The position numbers and the translations under genes are program-made. From IMG/VR virus record IMGVR_UViG_3300035670_000027: a stretch of 64,000 bases of DNA; one strand, 5' to 3'. Source of the DNA: a virus. The notes below the pieces were generated by a model that worked only from the letters and a program-made list of their open reading frames with translations, did no database searches and had not been told where the DNA came from. This document shows, piece by piece, positions 54,360-64,000 of this stretch (positions are counted from its first letter, which is position 1; the number at the start of each line of letters is the position of its first letter).

Positions 54360-54967
54360 GATGTAGTTTTCTTAGTCGCTTTCTTTGTCGGTGCCTTTGC
54401 TGGTTTCTTTTTCTTAGACATAATTTCTTTAACTTTTCTTTCAAGTCGCTTCATGACTTCTTCACCATCCATCCAGATATCTTTATTGTCAAGTATACTA
54501 CGGATTTCTTCTGGTGTCAAGAAGCCCTCATACAGTCTACGAATGATTTTCTCTGACCACTTTCTCTCTTTGGTCAACTGATCATACATCTCGCCACCTT
54601 TACCAAAAGAGAATCCTGAGTAATTGTGGAACATGAACAATGAATGTTCAGAGATTTCGTAGCGGTCTGCTGATAGGAAGATCATTGTTGCGGCAGACAT
54701 ACATGCACCTTCTGCTGATGCAACAACCATACCTTTGCATTCTGCAATTGCACGAAGGAATTGAATTGTGGTAAACAAATCACCGCCTGGTGAATTGATG
54801 TTGAACTTAATGATATCGGTTTCTTGTGCATGACGAATTGCTTCAAATGCGCCAAGATAATTTTCAGGTGCACCGATCTCACCAGAGAGATAGATTGTAA
54901 TTAAATTGCCAAGAGGTTTAACATCAATCGCTTTGTTGTCTGTTGAGATTTTGTCTTCATTAGCCAT
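54356..54967 (-). CDS. ClpP-like peptidase
   Basis: INSPGG, GAC.SAAT (Ser), FMFH (His), KD.WM..EE (Asp). Confidence 0.8.
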   Translation of the reverse strand: MANEDKISTDNKAIDVKPLGNLITIYLSGEIGAPENYLGAFEAIRHAQETDIIKFNINSPGGDLFTTIQFLRAIAECKGMVVASAEGACMSAATMIFLSADRYEISEHSLFMFHNYSGFSFGKGGEMYDQLTKERKWSEKIIRRLYEGFLTPEEIRSILDNKDIWMDGEEVMKRLERKVKEIMSKKKKPAKAPTKKATKKTTS

Positions 54968-55535
54968 TCACATTCTCCAATGTTTTAGATTTCATAAAAC
55001 CGTACTTACATATGTAGTACGCATCGATAATATCTGAAGAGGGATTCCATTGTTTCTCCGTTTGATTCAACTCCTCTTTCAAACGAATGGTATTCTCTTC
55101 TTCAAAAACTTCCTGCATTCTTTCTTTGTTTGCATTGCCTTTACCTGTAGCAAACTTTTTAACTACGGTTGGTGGTACAGTTTGAAACGGAACATGAAAC
55201 TGAAAGAATCTATACTTAAGAACTCCTGTGTTCTCGGCAATGTGAAACACTCTGCCTTTTGAACCCATTGAATAGTCTTCAATGTATACACAAACACCAG
55301 GTTCTTTTTCTAAGATTCTGTCTAGAAAAAAACTTGAGATCACTTCGTAGCGATGCATCTCGCTCTGATAGTCAAAGTAATGACCAGTCACATTCTTAAA
55401 AGAGACTTCGTATTTTTTTGATTGTGTTAAGTAATGAATAAAACAGTTATTGAAGTTAAACTCTCCTGCGGCATCATCAAAGATACACACCGCAGGAGAA
55501 GTCATTGAGTAATCAATGCCGAAATAAGTCATCAA
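54960..55535 (-). CDS. RuvC-like nuclease
   Basis: GIDYS, IEDY, P..VKKFATGKGNA.K, DI.DAY. Confidence 0.75.
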   Translation of the reverse strand: MMTYFGIDYSMTSPAVCIFDDAAGEFNFNNCFIHYLTQSKKYEVSFKNVTGHYFDYQSEMHRYEVISSFFLDRILEKEPGVCVYIEDYSMGSKGRVFHIAENTGVLKYRFFQFHVPFQTVPPTVVKKFATGKGNANKERMQEVFEEENTIRLKEELNQTEKQWNPSSDIIDAYYICKYGFMKSKTLENVNG

Positions 55536-55732
55536 AAATACTTTCTCAGCACCTCCAGTTTATCGTGGTAGTTTGAGATTTCTTCTAACTCTTTCTCAAT
55601 TGTACCCATGATATCTGGATGCTCTGCTACGCCAACGCTAGTATCTAACAACAATTCTACATTGACAATATGCTTAGTGATATGTGCCTCTAGATGTTGT
55701 TCTAAGGCTTGTTTAATTCTACCTCTCATCAT
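55532..55732 (-). CDS. Conserved small phage protein
   Basis: H..NVE..L....GV.EHPD. Confidence 0.6.
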   Translation of the reverse strand: MMRGRIKQALEQHLEAHITKHIVNVELLLDTSVGVAEHPDIMGTIEKELEEISNYHDKLEVLRKYF

Positions 55733-55910
55733 CTTTCCACTCCCAATCAGGTTCTTCTTCGAATTCATCATCATCGTATGAATCTGATTCGTTGATGTTT
55801 GATTCATCTAATTCTGCGCCACATACAGAACAAAATTTAACTTTTTCTTTTTCTATTTCAACCTCGTGGTCTGAACCACAAGATTCGCAGTACACTTGAT
55901 ATGTAGTCAT
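55719..55910 (-). CDS. Zn-ribbon protein with acidic tail
   Basis: CESC...CSVCG. Confidence 0.6.
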   Translation of the reverse strand: MTTYQVYCESCGSDHEVEIEKEKVKFCSVCGAELDESNINESDSYDDDEFEEEPDWEWKDDER

Positions 55911-55918
55911 CTATTCTC

Positions 55919-56629
55919 CTATTTCCAGTAATTTGAATAGTCAATACTATTCCAATACTTTTCATTATTGCGATTCCAGAAATTTTTAATCAAATACCAT
56001 GCCATACCAAAGTAACCCATCTTTTGAAATCGTCTACTGTCTTGACCAAAGTAGTGATTGATCAATGCAAACTTCTTCACATCATACTTTTTTGAAAGAA
56101 AGAAGTCTTCGCTTGTTTCATACTTCGCTGGAAAACAACCAAGTTCTTCAAACTTATCACGCCTTGTTAAAAAGAATGCACCAACTGCAAAAGGTACCCA
56201 ATGTTTCATGATACGATTGATAAGATTGAACATGCCAAAACCAATCTTTGCACGAATGTCATTGTCATAACACTTCACATATAATCCAACTAGGTCAAGA
56301 TTCTTACTTTCTAATTCTTCTACCGAATCAACTATGACTGTATTGCTAAAAAATCTTACATCACTATCTATAAACAAAATATAAGGTGTTGTGACAAGTT
56401 TAGCGCCGTTATTCTTTGCGATTGAAACTGGACCACCTTCAATTATTTCAATGTTCAAACGATCTTTATAATTGTTAATTACCGATCTTGTATTGTCTGT
56501 TGATGCATCGGCAATGATAATACGAGTTTCACCAATGTCCTGCTGAATCAGATTCAACAATAGATGACCGATATAGTTTTCTTCATTCTTACACGGAACA
56601 ACAATGGTTATTTTTTCTGATAGTTTCAT
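55919..56629 (-). CDS. Glycosyltransferase family 2
   Basis: IVVPCKNEE, DASTD.T, AKNNGA, FIDSD, SED. Confidence 0.88.
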   Translation of the reverse strand: MKLSEKITIVVPCKNEENYIGHLLLNLIQQDIGETRIIIADASTDNTRSVINNYKDRLNIEIIEGGPVSIAKNNGAKLVTTPYILFIDSDVRFFSNTVIVDSVEELESKNLDLVGLYVKCYDNDIRAKIGFGMFNLINRIMKHWVPFAVGAFFLTRRDKFEELGCFPAKYETSEDFFLSKKYDVKKFALINHYFGQDSRRFQKMGYFGMAWYLIKNFWNRNNEKYWNSIDYSNYWK

Positions 56630-57378
56630 TTGAGTATTTCGTTCCAAGTAACAAGTTCCCATTTGCCGTTATGATGTTCGACAAGTGCAGTACAAGATTC
56701 AACCCAATCGCCATCGTTCATATATATCACACCTTCTATTTCTTTAATTTCTGCGTTGTGGATGTGTCCGCAGATAACTCCATCGTATCCTTTTCTTTTA
56801 CAGTAGGATGCGAGGTTGTGTTCGAATTGAAAAATGAAATCAATTGCTTTTTTGACCCTATGTTTAAGATATTTGCTAAGGCTCCAATAACCCAAACCAA
56901 AACGGTGACGCAAGCGATTAAAAGAAGTATTGAAACTAAGGATAACATCGTATGCTTTATCTCCTAGAAAGGAGAGCCACGGTGCAAGGCGTGTAATACC
57001 ATCGAATAAGTCACCATGAGTGACCAGATAGTGCTTACCGTCAACACCAATGTGTTCAAACTGATTGAAGATTTCCACATTTCCAAAACTGAAGCCGTAC
57101 GGGAGCATTGGTCTGAGAAATTCATCATGGTTTCCCGCAATGTAGATAACTCTTGTTCCCCTCTTTGCATGTCCTAACACTCTCCTTACGACATTAGTGT
57201 GGCTCTGTTTCCATCGCCATTTGTTTTGTTGTATTTTCCATCCATCAATTATATCACCAACCAGATAAAGCGTTTCGCAATCGTTATGCTTTAAAAAATT
57301 ATTCAGTAATTCTGCTTTACAGTCTTTTGTTCCAAGATGTACATCACTAATAAAAATAGTTTTGTACTTTTTTTCCAT
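56626..57378 (-). CDS. PlcP/LpxH2-like metallophosphoesterase
   Basis: FISDVHLG, YLVGDIIDGW, GNHDEFLR, HGDLFD, LGDKAY, YWSLS, CGHIH, NDGDWVESCTA. Confidence 0.85.
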   Translation of the reverse strand: MEKKYKTIFISDVHLGTKDCKAELLNNFLKHNDCETLYLVGDIIDGWKIQQNKWRWKQSHTNVVRRVLGHAKRGTRVIYIAGNHDEFLRPMLPYGFSFGNVEIFNQFEHIGVDGKHYLVTHGDLFDGITRLAPWLSFLGDKAYDVILSFNTSFNRLRHRFGLGYWSLSKYLKHRVKKAIDFIFQFEHNLASYCKRKGYDGVICGHIHNAEIKEIEGVIYMNDGDWVESCTALVEHHNGKWELVTWNEILK

Positions 57379-57822
57379 TTAGTTACACCAACTTTGTTTT
57401 GCCTCTCCATAATATTCTCTAGCGAAACCCCTCTCAATAAGCATCATGCGTAGGCTCTTGCCATCAAGAACAACATCACCTAACACACGACCACCATATT
57501 TGTCCCAAGCCATAAGATAAATTTGTCTTTGTTGTGCTGATGCGATTGCTTGCTTAGTAAACTCTGATGCCGCTTTACCTCTTGCATCTTCTTGTGGGCA
57601 TTGGGCACGATGACCTTTCTCAGGAGTATCTACACCAAATACACGAATAGACAATTCTTTCTTAAGTGGATCGGGCAACCAGTTTGCTTGAAACGCAACT
57701 GTGTCACCATCGATAACTCTGGTAATTGTTGCGTTATAGAGTACACCTTCTTTTTGTTTCTGTGCATACGCTACTGGTGATAAAAGTAGCAATGCGACAA
57801 GTGAATAAATTATAGTTTTCAT
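57379..57822 (-). CDS. Thermonuclease (SNase) family protein with signal peptide
   Basis: VIDGDT, R..GVDTPE, DKYG.R.L. Confidence 0.85.
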   Translation of the reverse strand: MKTIIYSLVALLLLSPVAYAQKQKEGVLYNATITRVIDGDTVAFQANWLPDPLKKELSIRVFGVDTPEKGHRAQCPQEDARGKAASEFTKQAIASAQQRQIYLMAWDKYGGRVLGDVVLDGKSLRMMLIERGFAREYYGEAKQSWCN

Positions 57823-57991
57823 TGAATTTTATCTCCTCGAATTACAATGCAGTCATATATGTATGCGTCACGATTGTTGTCTTGTAAGTTATGCTTTTCG
57901 ACTAGGCATTGGCTATGTGTTTCAAAATATCTTACTGTGTGCATGTCGGCAGTATTAATTGCTGACATAGCAACAAGGGCGTAGAGATACA

Positions 57992-58987
57992 TCATGCGGC
58001 TTTACCCCATACATCATCCCACTTACCAGACAATGCGCCTTTGGCATAGTCTGTGGCACGATTCTCAAAGAAGTTTGTATGAGTTGGTGCATTGATCATC
58101 TCTTCAACCCATGGCAATGGATTCTTTTTACGCTTGAAGATACCTTTCATGCCAAGAGAAATCAATCTGCGGTCTGCAATGTAGCGAATGTATTCTTTTA
58201 CATCCTCTGCCTTGAGGTTTTCCATCTCGCCCATTTCAAACGCAAGATCAATAAACTTATCTTCCAACTCAACCATCTTATCCGCAATCGTATATATTTT
58301 GCCTTTAAGTTCATCATTCCAAATCTCACGATTCTCTTCTATGTATGTACGGAATAACTTGATCATGGATTCGGCATGTTGCGTTTCATCTACAATTGAC
58401 CAAGTAACGATCTGCCCCATGCCACGCATCTTGCCATGTCTTGGAAAGTTCAATAGCATGATGAATGATGAGAACAATTGCATACCCTCTGTGAATGCAG
58501 AGAATGCGGCAATGTGTGTTGCAGTATTTTCTTTTGTTGTATTCTTTGATGAAATGTCGAGAATGTATTCATGCTTCTCTTTCATCTGTTCATACTCCAT
58601 AAACTCATTGTATGTGCTTTCAGGCATACCAAGAGTTTCAATCAAGTGCGAGTATGCGGCAATGTGCAATGCTTCTCTTGCGGCAAAGCCACAAAGCATC
58701 ATGCGTACTTCTGGTTGTGGAAAGTATGGCAGATAGTTCTTGACATAGCCACCAGCAACATCAATGTCGCCCTGTGTGAAGAAACGAAAAATGTGTGTAA
58801 GAAACTTCTTTTCGTTTTCTGATAGTTTTCTCTTCCAATCTTTTACATCTTCAAGCATCGGTACTTCTGTGTGAAGCCAGTGACTTTGCTCATGCTTCAA
58901 CCATGCTTCATACGCCCATGGATAATTGAATGGTTTAAAGTATGAACGATCTTCTTGTAGATTTAACTCTCTCTTGTTTGTAACCAT
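57992..58987 (-). CDS. nrdB: Ribonucleotide reductase class Ia beta subunit
   Basis: FFTQGD, REALH..AY, TEG..LFSSF, DE..H, NFFE....Y. Confidence 0.95.
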   Translation of the reverse strand: MVTNKRELNLQEDRSYFKPFNYPWAYEAWLKHEQSHWLHTEVPMLEDVKDWKRKLSENEKKFLTHIFRFFTQGDIDVAGGYVKNYLPYFPQPEVRMMLCGFAAREALHIAAYSHLIETLGMPESTYNEFMEYEQMKEKHEYILDISSKNTTKENTATHIAAFSAFTEGMQLFSSFIMLLNFPRHGKMRGMGQIVTWSIVDETQHAESMIKLFRTYIEENREIWNDELKGKIYTIADKMVELEDKFIDLAFEMGEMENLKAEDVKEYIRYIADRRLISLGMKGIFKRKKNPLPWVEEMINAPTHTNFFENRATDYAKGALSGKWDDVWGKAA

Positions 58988-59262
58988 TTTTCTAAGTCCC
59001 TATTTGATACGATTAAATAATTTTTGTTTGGAAATTTCTGCTGAATATGATCTAGTACATCTTCAACTTGTTTTGATTGAACGATAAAGTCATTGTCACG
59101 CCATGCATAATATGTGTCTTCGATCTGTTCAATCTTAATATTGATTCTTTCTGCTTTTGGTTTTTCTCCTACATCTTCGTCTTCAATTGAAAATTTATCT
59201 CGCATGTAGATTGCAAGAAGAATGCCAATGACAAAGAAAATTAAATCAAAAATGTTATTCAT
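58963..59262 (-). CDS. Hypothetical membrane-anchored protein
   Basis: N-terminal TM. Confidence 0.55.
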   Translation of the reverse strand: MNNIFDLIFFVIGILLAIYMRDKFSIEDEDVGEKPKAERINIKIEQIEDTYYAWRDNDFIVQSKQVEDVLDHIQQKFPNKNYLIVSNRDLEKWLQTRES

Positions 59263-59887
59263 ACATCACCGTATCAGAATCACCAAGCGCCCACTTAGCA
59301 TTGTGTTCGACAACATACTTCTTAGTGCAAACTTTAAAGTCTGGAAACAACAACTCTTTTGGATTTGATGATGGGTCCAAAAAGATTGTACGATTGTTTG
59401 GTTGTGCGGCATACTGTCCATTGTCAAGTTCAATAAAGTTAAATGACTTATGGTCCATTGGCTCTTCAGCGAAACCTGTTGGTACTATGTTGGGATCAGC
59501 ATTCGCATGATCAACTGTAAACATGTACTTGCCTTCATACCAGTTCTTATCTTTTGCATAAAATTTGCAACTGAGATTTTGCAAGAATGACTTACGAATT
59601 ACTGTAATGTCATAGCCCATGCAATCCCAAATCTGAAGATAGTTGAGTGGTAAGAATTCATCAGGCTTCAAATCTTTATTGCGAGATACAAATGCTGAGA
59701 TTGGAAACTTATCATACAATGCACCATAGTTAGGTAGATATGCTTCAATGCGTAGTGCTTGCCCTTGAATAGACTTCACACTTACCCAATAGCAAGGTTC
59801 ATACTCTCCAAAACCTTTTTCAAAGTCATAGAGAAATTCTTTGCGAATGTAACAATAAACTGTCGGTATGTTAGCAACTAGAAACAT
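59255..59887 (-). CDS. Conserved phage hypothetical protein
   Basis: RKEFLYD, GA.Y..PI.AF, WDC, Y.FTVD, HKS, AQPNNR. Confidence 0.7.
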   Translation of the reverse strand: MFLVANIPTVYCYIRKEFLYDFEKGFGEYEPCYWVSVKSIQGQALRIEAYLPNYGALYDKFPISAFVSRNKDLKPDEFLPLNYLQIWDCMGYDITVIRKSFLQNLSCKFYAKDKNWYEGKYMFTVDHANADPNIVPTGFAEEPMDHKSFNFIELDNGQYAAQPNNRTIFLDPSSNPKELLFPDFKVCTKKYVVEHNAKWALGDSDTVMYE

Positions 59888-59889
59888 GA

Positions 59890-61674
59890 TCAGCCTTCAC
59901 ATGCCAAGCAAGTATCACCCTCCACAATTGCTTTCATGTCGAGTTCTTTGATGACTTCCCTCTCAATACGCTTCGCCACTTTATCTGCCTTACCAATCTT
60001 TTCAGAACGGCAATAGTAAAGTGTCTTAAGACCATTTTTCCAAGCCATGAAATGAATGGCATGAAGATACTTGATATTAACATCTGGTCTGAAGAATAGA
60101 TTTAGCGATTGTGCTTGATCGACAAACTGTTGACGATCTGCGGCATGTTGAACAATCCATCGTTGATCAATCTCCATAGAAGTTTTGAATACATCTTTAG
60201 TCCAATCATCCATCCACTCTAGATGTTGTACTGAACCATCGTTTGCAATAATGCTTGACCATGTTTCTTCGTACCAACCCTCTTTGTGATTCTCTGCTTC
60301 TTTGCGAATGATTGCATCAAGATACTTATTCTTATTCAATGATGAACCTGATAAGGTATCTTGTCGATAAGCGTTTGCACGAAATGGTTCAATGCTAGGA
60401 CTGGTATTGCCCATAATAATACTGCTAGAGGCATTGGGTGCAATAGCCACCATGTGAGAAAAGCGCCTACCGGTGCCCATTGTATCAGGTGCTTCACCTC
60501 TTTCAGTACCAAGTTGTAGATTTGCATCTTCTAATCCTTTTTGAATGTGCTTGAAGATTTTCAAGTTCGTACCTGTTGCTTGGGCAGATTCCCAAGGAAT
60601 ATTTTTCTGCTGAAGATACGCATGAAAACCTAATGCACCAATGCCAATAGAACGCTCTTGCTTTGCAGAGTAAATCGCTCTTGAAATAGTTTTTGGTGCG
60701 TTATCAATAAAGTATTGTAACACATTATCTAGCATCTCTGCAACATCTTTAAGGAACAATTTATTCTTTGACCATTGATCATAGTACTCAAGATTCAATG
60801 ACGATAGGCAACATACCGCAGTACGCTTCTTATCGGTAGGCAGAATAATCTCTGAACACAAGTTCGATTGCCTAATTGAAAGCCCTTTGTCTTTCTGAAA
60901 CTGTGGCATCAAACGATTGCTTGTATCGATGAAATGAATGTATGGTTCACCAGTGATCATGCGAGTTTCAAGAATGCGTTGCCACAATTCTCTCGCAGAG
61001 ATAACTTCACGAACCTCACCGCTATGTGGGTCTTTAAGTTCCCATGAATCATCTGCATGTGCATCAAGCATACACTTTTCAATCAATTGCATGAAGTCAT
61101 CTGTAATATTGATGCCGTGATGCAAATTGAGTGTACGCATATTTGGATCGCCAGTTGGCTTTCGCATCTCTAAAAACATAAGTATATCAGGATGGGAAAT
61201 ATCCAAGTAAGTAGCATAACTGCCTCTACGAGTTCGACCTTGCCTGTAAGCAAGAGAAGAAGCATCATAAGTGCGTAGGTGAGGCATAACACCAACACTT
61301 TTGTCATCAGCACTACGAATACCAAGACCAATTCCAACACCTCCTCCCAACATCGATAGCCAGTTAACTTCGGATAGTGTATCGACCAGTCCCTCTGCGC
61401 TATCATCTAGGTAGGGAAGAAAACAACTTATAGGAAGACCACGCTTAGAACGACCAAAGGACAAGATAGGAGTAGAATAAGAAAGCCAATGTCTACTACT
61501 ATAGTCATAAAGTCTTTGTGCGTGTTCGGCATTTGATCCGAACGCTTTTGAAACATATGCAAACCTTTCTTGTGGAGAGTTTTCTTCCTCTCTCATGTAA
61601 CTCTCTTTTAATCTTTTGATTCCCAACTCATCAAATAGTTCATCTCTACTATAATCGACTATAATTTCAGACAT
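59890..61674 (-). CDS. nrdA: Ribonucleotide reductase class Ia alpha subunit
   Basis: STP, PISCF, QG.TRRGS, SNLCSEI, VCCL.S, APNASSS, KTLYY.R, CLACEG. Confidence 0.95.
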   Translation of the reverse strand: MSEIIVDYSRDELFDELGIKRLKESYMREEENSPQERFAYVSKAFGSNAEHAQRLYDYSSRHWLSYSTPILSFGRSKRGLPISCFLPYLDDSAEGLVDTLSEVNWLSMLGGGVGIGLGIRSADDKSVGVMPHLRTYDASSLAYRQGRTRRGSYATYLDISHPDILMFLEMRKPTGDPNMRTLNLHHGINITDDFMQLIEKCMLDAHADDSWELKDPHSGEVREVISARELWQRILETRMITGEPYIHFIDTSNRLMPQFQKDKGLSIRQSNLCSEIILPTDKKRTAVCCLSSLNLEYYDQWSKNKLFLKDVAEMLDNVLQYFIDNAPKTISRAIYSAKQERSIGIGALGFHAYLQQKNIPWESAQATGTNLKIFKHIQKGLEDANLQLGTERGEAPDTMGTGRRFSHMVAIAPNASSSIIMGNTSPSIEPFRANAYRQDTLSGSSLNKNKYLDAIIRKEAENHKEGWYEETWSSIIANDGSVQHLEWMDDWTKDVFKTSMEIDQRWIVQHAADRQQFVDQAQSLNLFFRPDVNIKYLHAIHFMAWKNGLKTLYYCRSEKIGKADKVAKRIEREVIKELDMKAIVEGDTCLACEG

Positions 61675-61842
61675 TTAATTTCCTTTTTCTTTTAATTCTT
61701 CGTACTTCAATTTAAGCCAAGGCAAATTTCGTTTAACATATTCATCGAATGTTATATACTCTTGGTTATAGTTTAATCTCTCTTCACGATTTAAACTATA
61801 CATGCTATACATCCAAGTTCTAAATTCGTTATCGTTATCCAT
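61675..61842 (-). CDS. Small hypothetical protein
   Basis: Operon-coupled ORF. Confidence 0.5.
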   Translation of the reverse strand: MDNDNEFRTWMYSMYSLNREERLNYNQEYITFDEYVKRNLPWLKLKYEELKEKGN

Positions 61843-62518
61843 CTGTTTTCTCCACAAAGTCTGAGATCATAGGGAACACCTTACTTATAACTTCTGCACA
61901 TGCTTTTGCAATTTCGATATGTTCTTTCTGAGTACCATTACCACTTCTCAATTCAATGTAATGCACCCAACTTCTTAATGTGCCATTGACATACAACCTT
62001 GATACAGTCAATCCTTCTGGTAGTACTGCTCTCGCTTGTTCTTTTGCAATACCGTTTTTGATTGCCCAATCATATTCTCTTTGTGCCGCAAAGATAACTC
62101 TCTTTTGCGCTCTCTCCCATTCAATTTGAAGAAGATGATCGTCAATTTCTATACTGTTTTGTCGATTCTTGGTGTCCTGAAGGCGTGCCTCTCTACATAC
62201 GAAATCCAAATCTTTCGTTGGATCGGCGTAGCGTTGGCTAAATTCTTGAAAGGAAAAACTTCTGTGTCTAAGGAATTGTCTTGCGATATCTCTGGTTGTT
62301 TCGACTTCGATGCAGACTGAGACCATTTCGAGTGGTGACCAGTGCTTATTGTTGACGAGGTATTTGATGAGTCTTTCTGAAGTTTCGGTATTGGACTGAT
62401 TGGCTGGATTCGAAACTCTCGCACAATACGCCACCAAGTCCTGGGCGTCAAAGGTATGTTGTAAAGCATTTTTGAAATCCTCAGAGGGTTGACTGTAACT
62501 AATTAATTTGACTTTCAT
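61835..62518 (-). CDS. thyX: FAD-dependent thymidylate synthase
   Basis: HWSPLE, RHRSFSFQEFSQRY, EQAR.VLP, R...GTQKEH. Confidence 0.95.
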   Translation of the reverse strand: MKVKLISYSQPSEDFKNALQHTFDAQDLVAYCARVSNPANQSNTETSERLIKYLVNNKHWSPLEMVSVCIEVETTRDIARQFLRHRSFSFQEFSQRYADPTKDLDFVCREARLQDTKNRQNSIEIDDHLLQIEWERAQKRVIFAAQREYDWAIKNGIAKEQARAVLPEGLTVSRLYVNGTLRSWVHYIELRSGNGTQKEHIEIAKACAEVISKVFPMISDFVEKTDG

Positions 62519-63543
62519 GTTTTCTTCCATAGATTAAATTGCAACATCGCTTCAGGACCAGAAAAAGTATTTTTATTTATAGTATTCTGTATCTCTTCAG
62601 CACTTAAATTCTGCTTGACTATCATATCGTTGATATCTTTTTCCAAAATTTCTTTCGACCAAATGCAAACTGTATAACCATCATCGATTGCTGATTTAAC
62701 TTCTCTTACGATTTCTTTGTTTCTAGGTTCATTGTCATATACTAAAATCAATTTATCTTTAGGCAAATACTCACCAACTGATTTTAGATTTGCGTTACCA
62801 ACTGCTACAGAGTTAGGTAAGAATAAACTATCAATAGGTCCTTCTGTTACATAAATTGTCTGATCTTTGTCTACATTATTCAGACAAAAAATCATTGGGG
62901 CATCATCTTTGATGCGTATTGTCACATAGCGTAACTTTTCACCACGAATTGCACGACCAGATAATCCAACCAGGTCACCATCGCCGTCAAAAAAAGGCAA
63001 TACGAGCCTCGGCTCATTGCCTAGTATCTTGTCTTCATATCCATCTGCAAACTGCTTAAACTTCGCTATGTCATCCACATAGTATAACTCATCATACTTA
63101 TGCTCTGGGATTTTTCTAGAACGCAAGTATTTGACTACCTCATGATCATTTGCCAACTTTTTAATTGGTGTCAGTAAACCTTTAAATGCGTTATCTTGTT
63201 TCGTACTCTGAAATGTAACTGGCTTGAAAACAAAGCCATGCTCTTTGTGTGCTTTGTGCCCAGTCTCACCAGACTTGTATCGATCAAGGCAATATTCTTT
63301 GTATAGATTTGGATCAAGAAATTTTATCAGATTGCCAAGAGACATTGATGCCTGACAATTGTGGCACTTGTATGATAGCCCACCTTTGTTTGGGTAAAGA
63401 TATCCCCTCGCTTTGTTGCGATTGGTTTGACTGTCACCACATACGGGACAACGGAAATTATAATTGTAGTCGCCTTTGCGCTTAAACTTATCTAAGCGAA
63501 TGGAAATAGTACCGACATACTGCTGATCAAGCCACATACTCAT
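62515..63543 (-). CDS. DNA primase gp61
   Basis: RCPVCGDS, CHNC, GR, EGPIDSLF, DNEPRN, KDINDM. Confidence 0.93.
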   Translation of the reverse strand: MSMWLDQQYVGTISIRLDKFKRKGDYNYNFRCPVCGDSQTNRNKARGYLYPNKGGLSYKCHNCQASMSLGNLIKFLDPNLYKEYCLDRYKSGETGHKAHKEHGFVFKPVTFQSTKQDNAFKGLLTPIKKLANDHEVVKYLRSRKIPEHKYDELYYVDDIAKFKQFADGYEDKILGNEPRLVLPFFDGDGDLVGLSGRAIRGEKLRYVTIRIKDDAPMIFCLNNVDKDQTIYVTEGPIDSLFLPNSVAVGNANLKSVGEYLPKDKLILVYDNEPRNKEIVREVKSAIDDGYTVCIWSKEILEKDINDMIVKQNLSAEEIQNTINKNTFSGPEAMLQFNLWKKT

Positions 63544-63576
63544 AATTTAAAATACTCCAGAGATACGATTTCTGCT

Positions 63577-63605
63577 AGTATAGCAGAAAGTCGCTTAAAG
63601 GTCAA
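63577..63605 (-). promoter_or_regulatory. sigma70 promoter of the primase-thyX-nrd operon
   Basis: TTGACC-17-TATACT. Confidence 0.7.
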
Positions 63606-64000
63606 CTAGCCAAATAATGCAAGAAGTGCTTCTATTCTAACATTGGAGATAATCCATGCCAAAACAACTACGCCACCGGCAATCATCCACTTCCATTGAA
63701 GAATCTTTTTGAGGTCTTCATCCTCTTTTTGATTGTGTTCGCTAATGTGTGAACGCAAAGACTTTATCTCATCCATAATCCTACGCTCAGTCAATTCTAT
63801 CTTATCAGATAGATTTCTGTCAACTGTTGATATGCGAGAATGGAGTTCTTTGATATCTTGTCCTGTATCGTCTTCTCTTTTGTTCATGTCGTTATAAATC
63901 TGATTGACCATGCGATCATTATTGTCCACCAATTTTTCTATAATGGTGTCCATCTTTTGGCACAATTGCGTGATGTTGGAGACCTGAGTTTTCAGGACCT
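63606..64000 (-). CDS. Coiled-coil protein with C-terminal TM (partial)
   Basis: IKELHSRIST...WKWMIAGG; open to the window edge. Confidence 0.6.
   Translation of the reverse strand, partial: VLKTQVSNITQLCQKMDTIIEKLVDNNDRMVNQIYNDMNKREDDTGQDIKELHSRISTVDRNLSDKIELTERRIMDEIKSLRSHISEHNQKEDEDLKKILQWKWMIAGGVVVLAWIISNVRIEALLALFG

Noticed and set aside
57992-62530. Introns or inteins in nrdA, nrdB, thyX
   Set aside because: ORFs are uninterrupted and of normal or compact length, with no splice motifs.

Overview
A 64-kb segment of a large T4-like (myovirus) phage genome using the standard genetic code. A proteobacterial host, possibly a freshwater betaproteobacterium, is inferred from the AhpC/AhpD and other host-like genes. 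Left to right: baseplate hub gp26/gp51 and tape measure (+ strand); gp32, gp59, gp33 and a cell-wall hydrolase; an ~11-kb nucleotide-sugar/glycan cluster; a circularly permuted two-piece tmRNA; MazG-like, exonuclease and phoH genes; a hypervariable early region of small ORFs driven by repeated sigma70 promoter modules carrying two kinds of palindrome; a late-promoter three-gene secreted/membrane cassette (+); ahpD/ahpC; a 26-tRNA array covering all 20 amino acids with several embedded structured non-coding RNAs; then rnh, ClpP-like, RuvC-like, a PlcP-like/GT2 pair, nrdB, nrdA, thyX and primase. The most striking unannotated element lies just upstream of the tRNA array. It is a 37-codon leader ORF (46496-46609, minus strand) that encodes all 20 amino acids using 31 different codons and is coupled to mutually exclusive antiterminator/terminator hairpins. 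It looks like a ribosome-mediated attenuator that could sense depletion of almost any host tRNA and switch on the phage tRNA set. Other notable points are a probable -1 frameshift fusing gp26 to gp51, apparent AGCT avoidance that has rewritten tRNA D-stems, a D-arm-less tRNA-Tyr and an rrn-type boxA. All calls come from reading the sequence by eye and recognising motifs; no searches were run.
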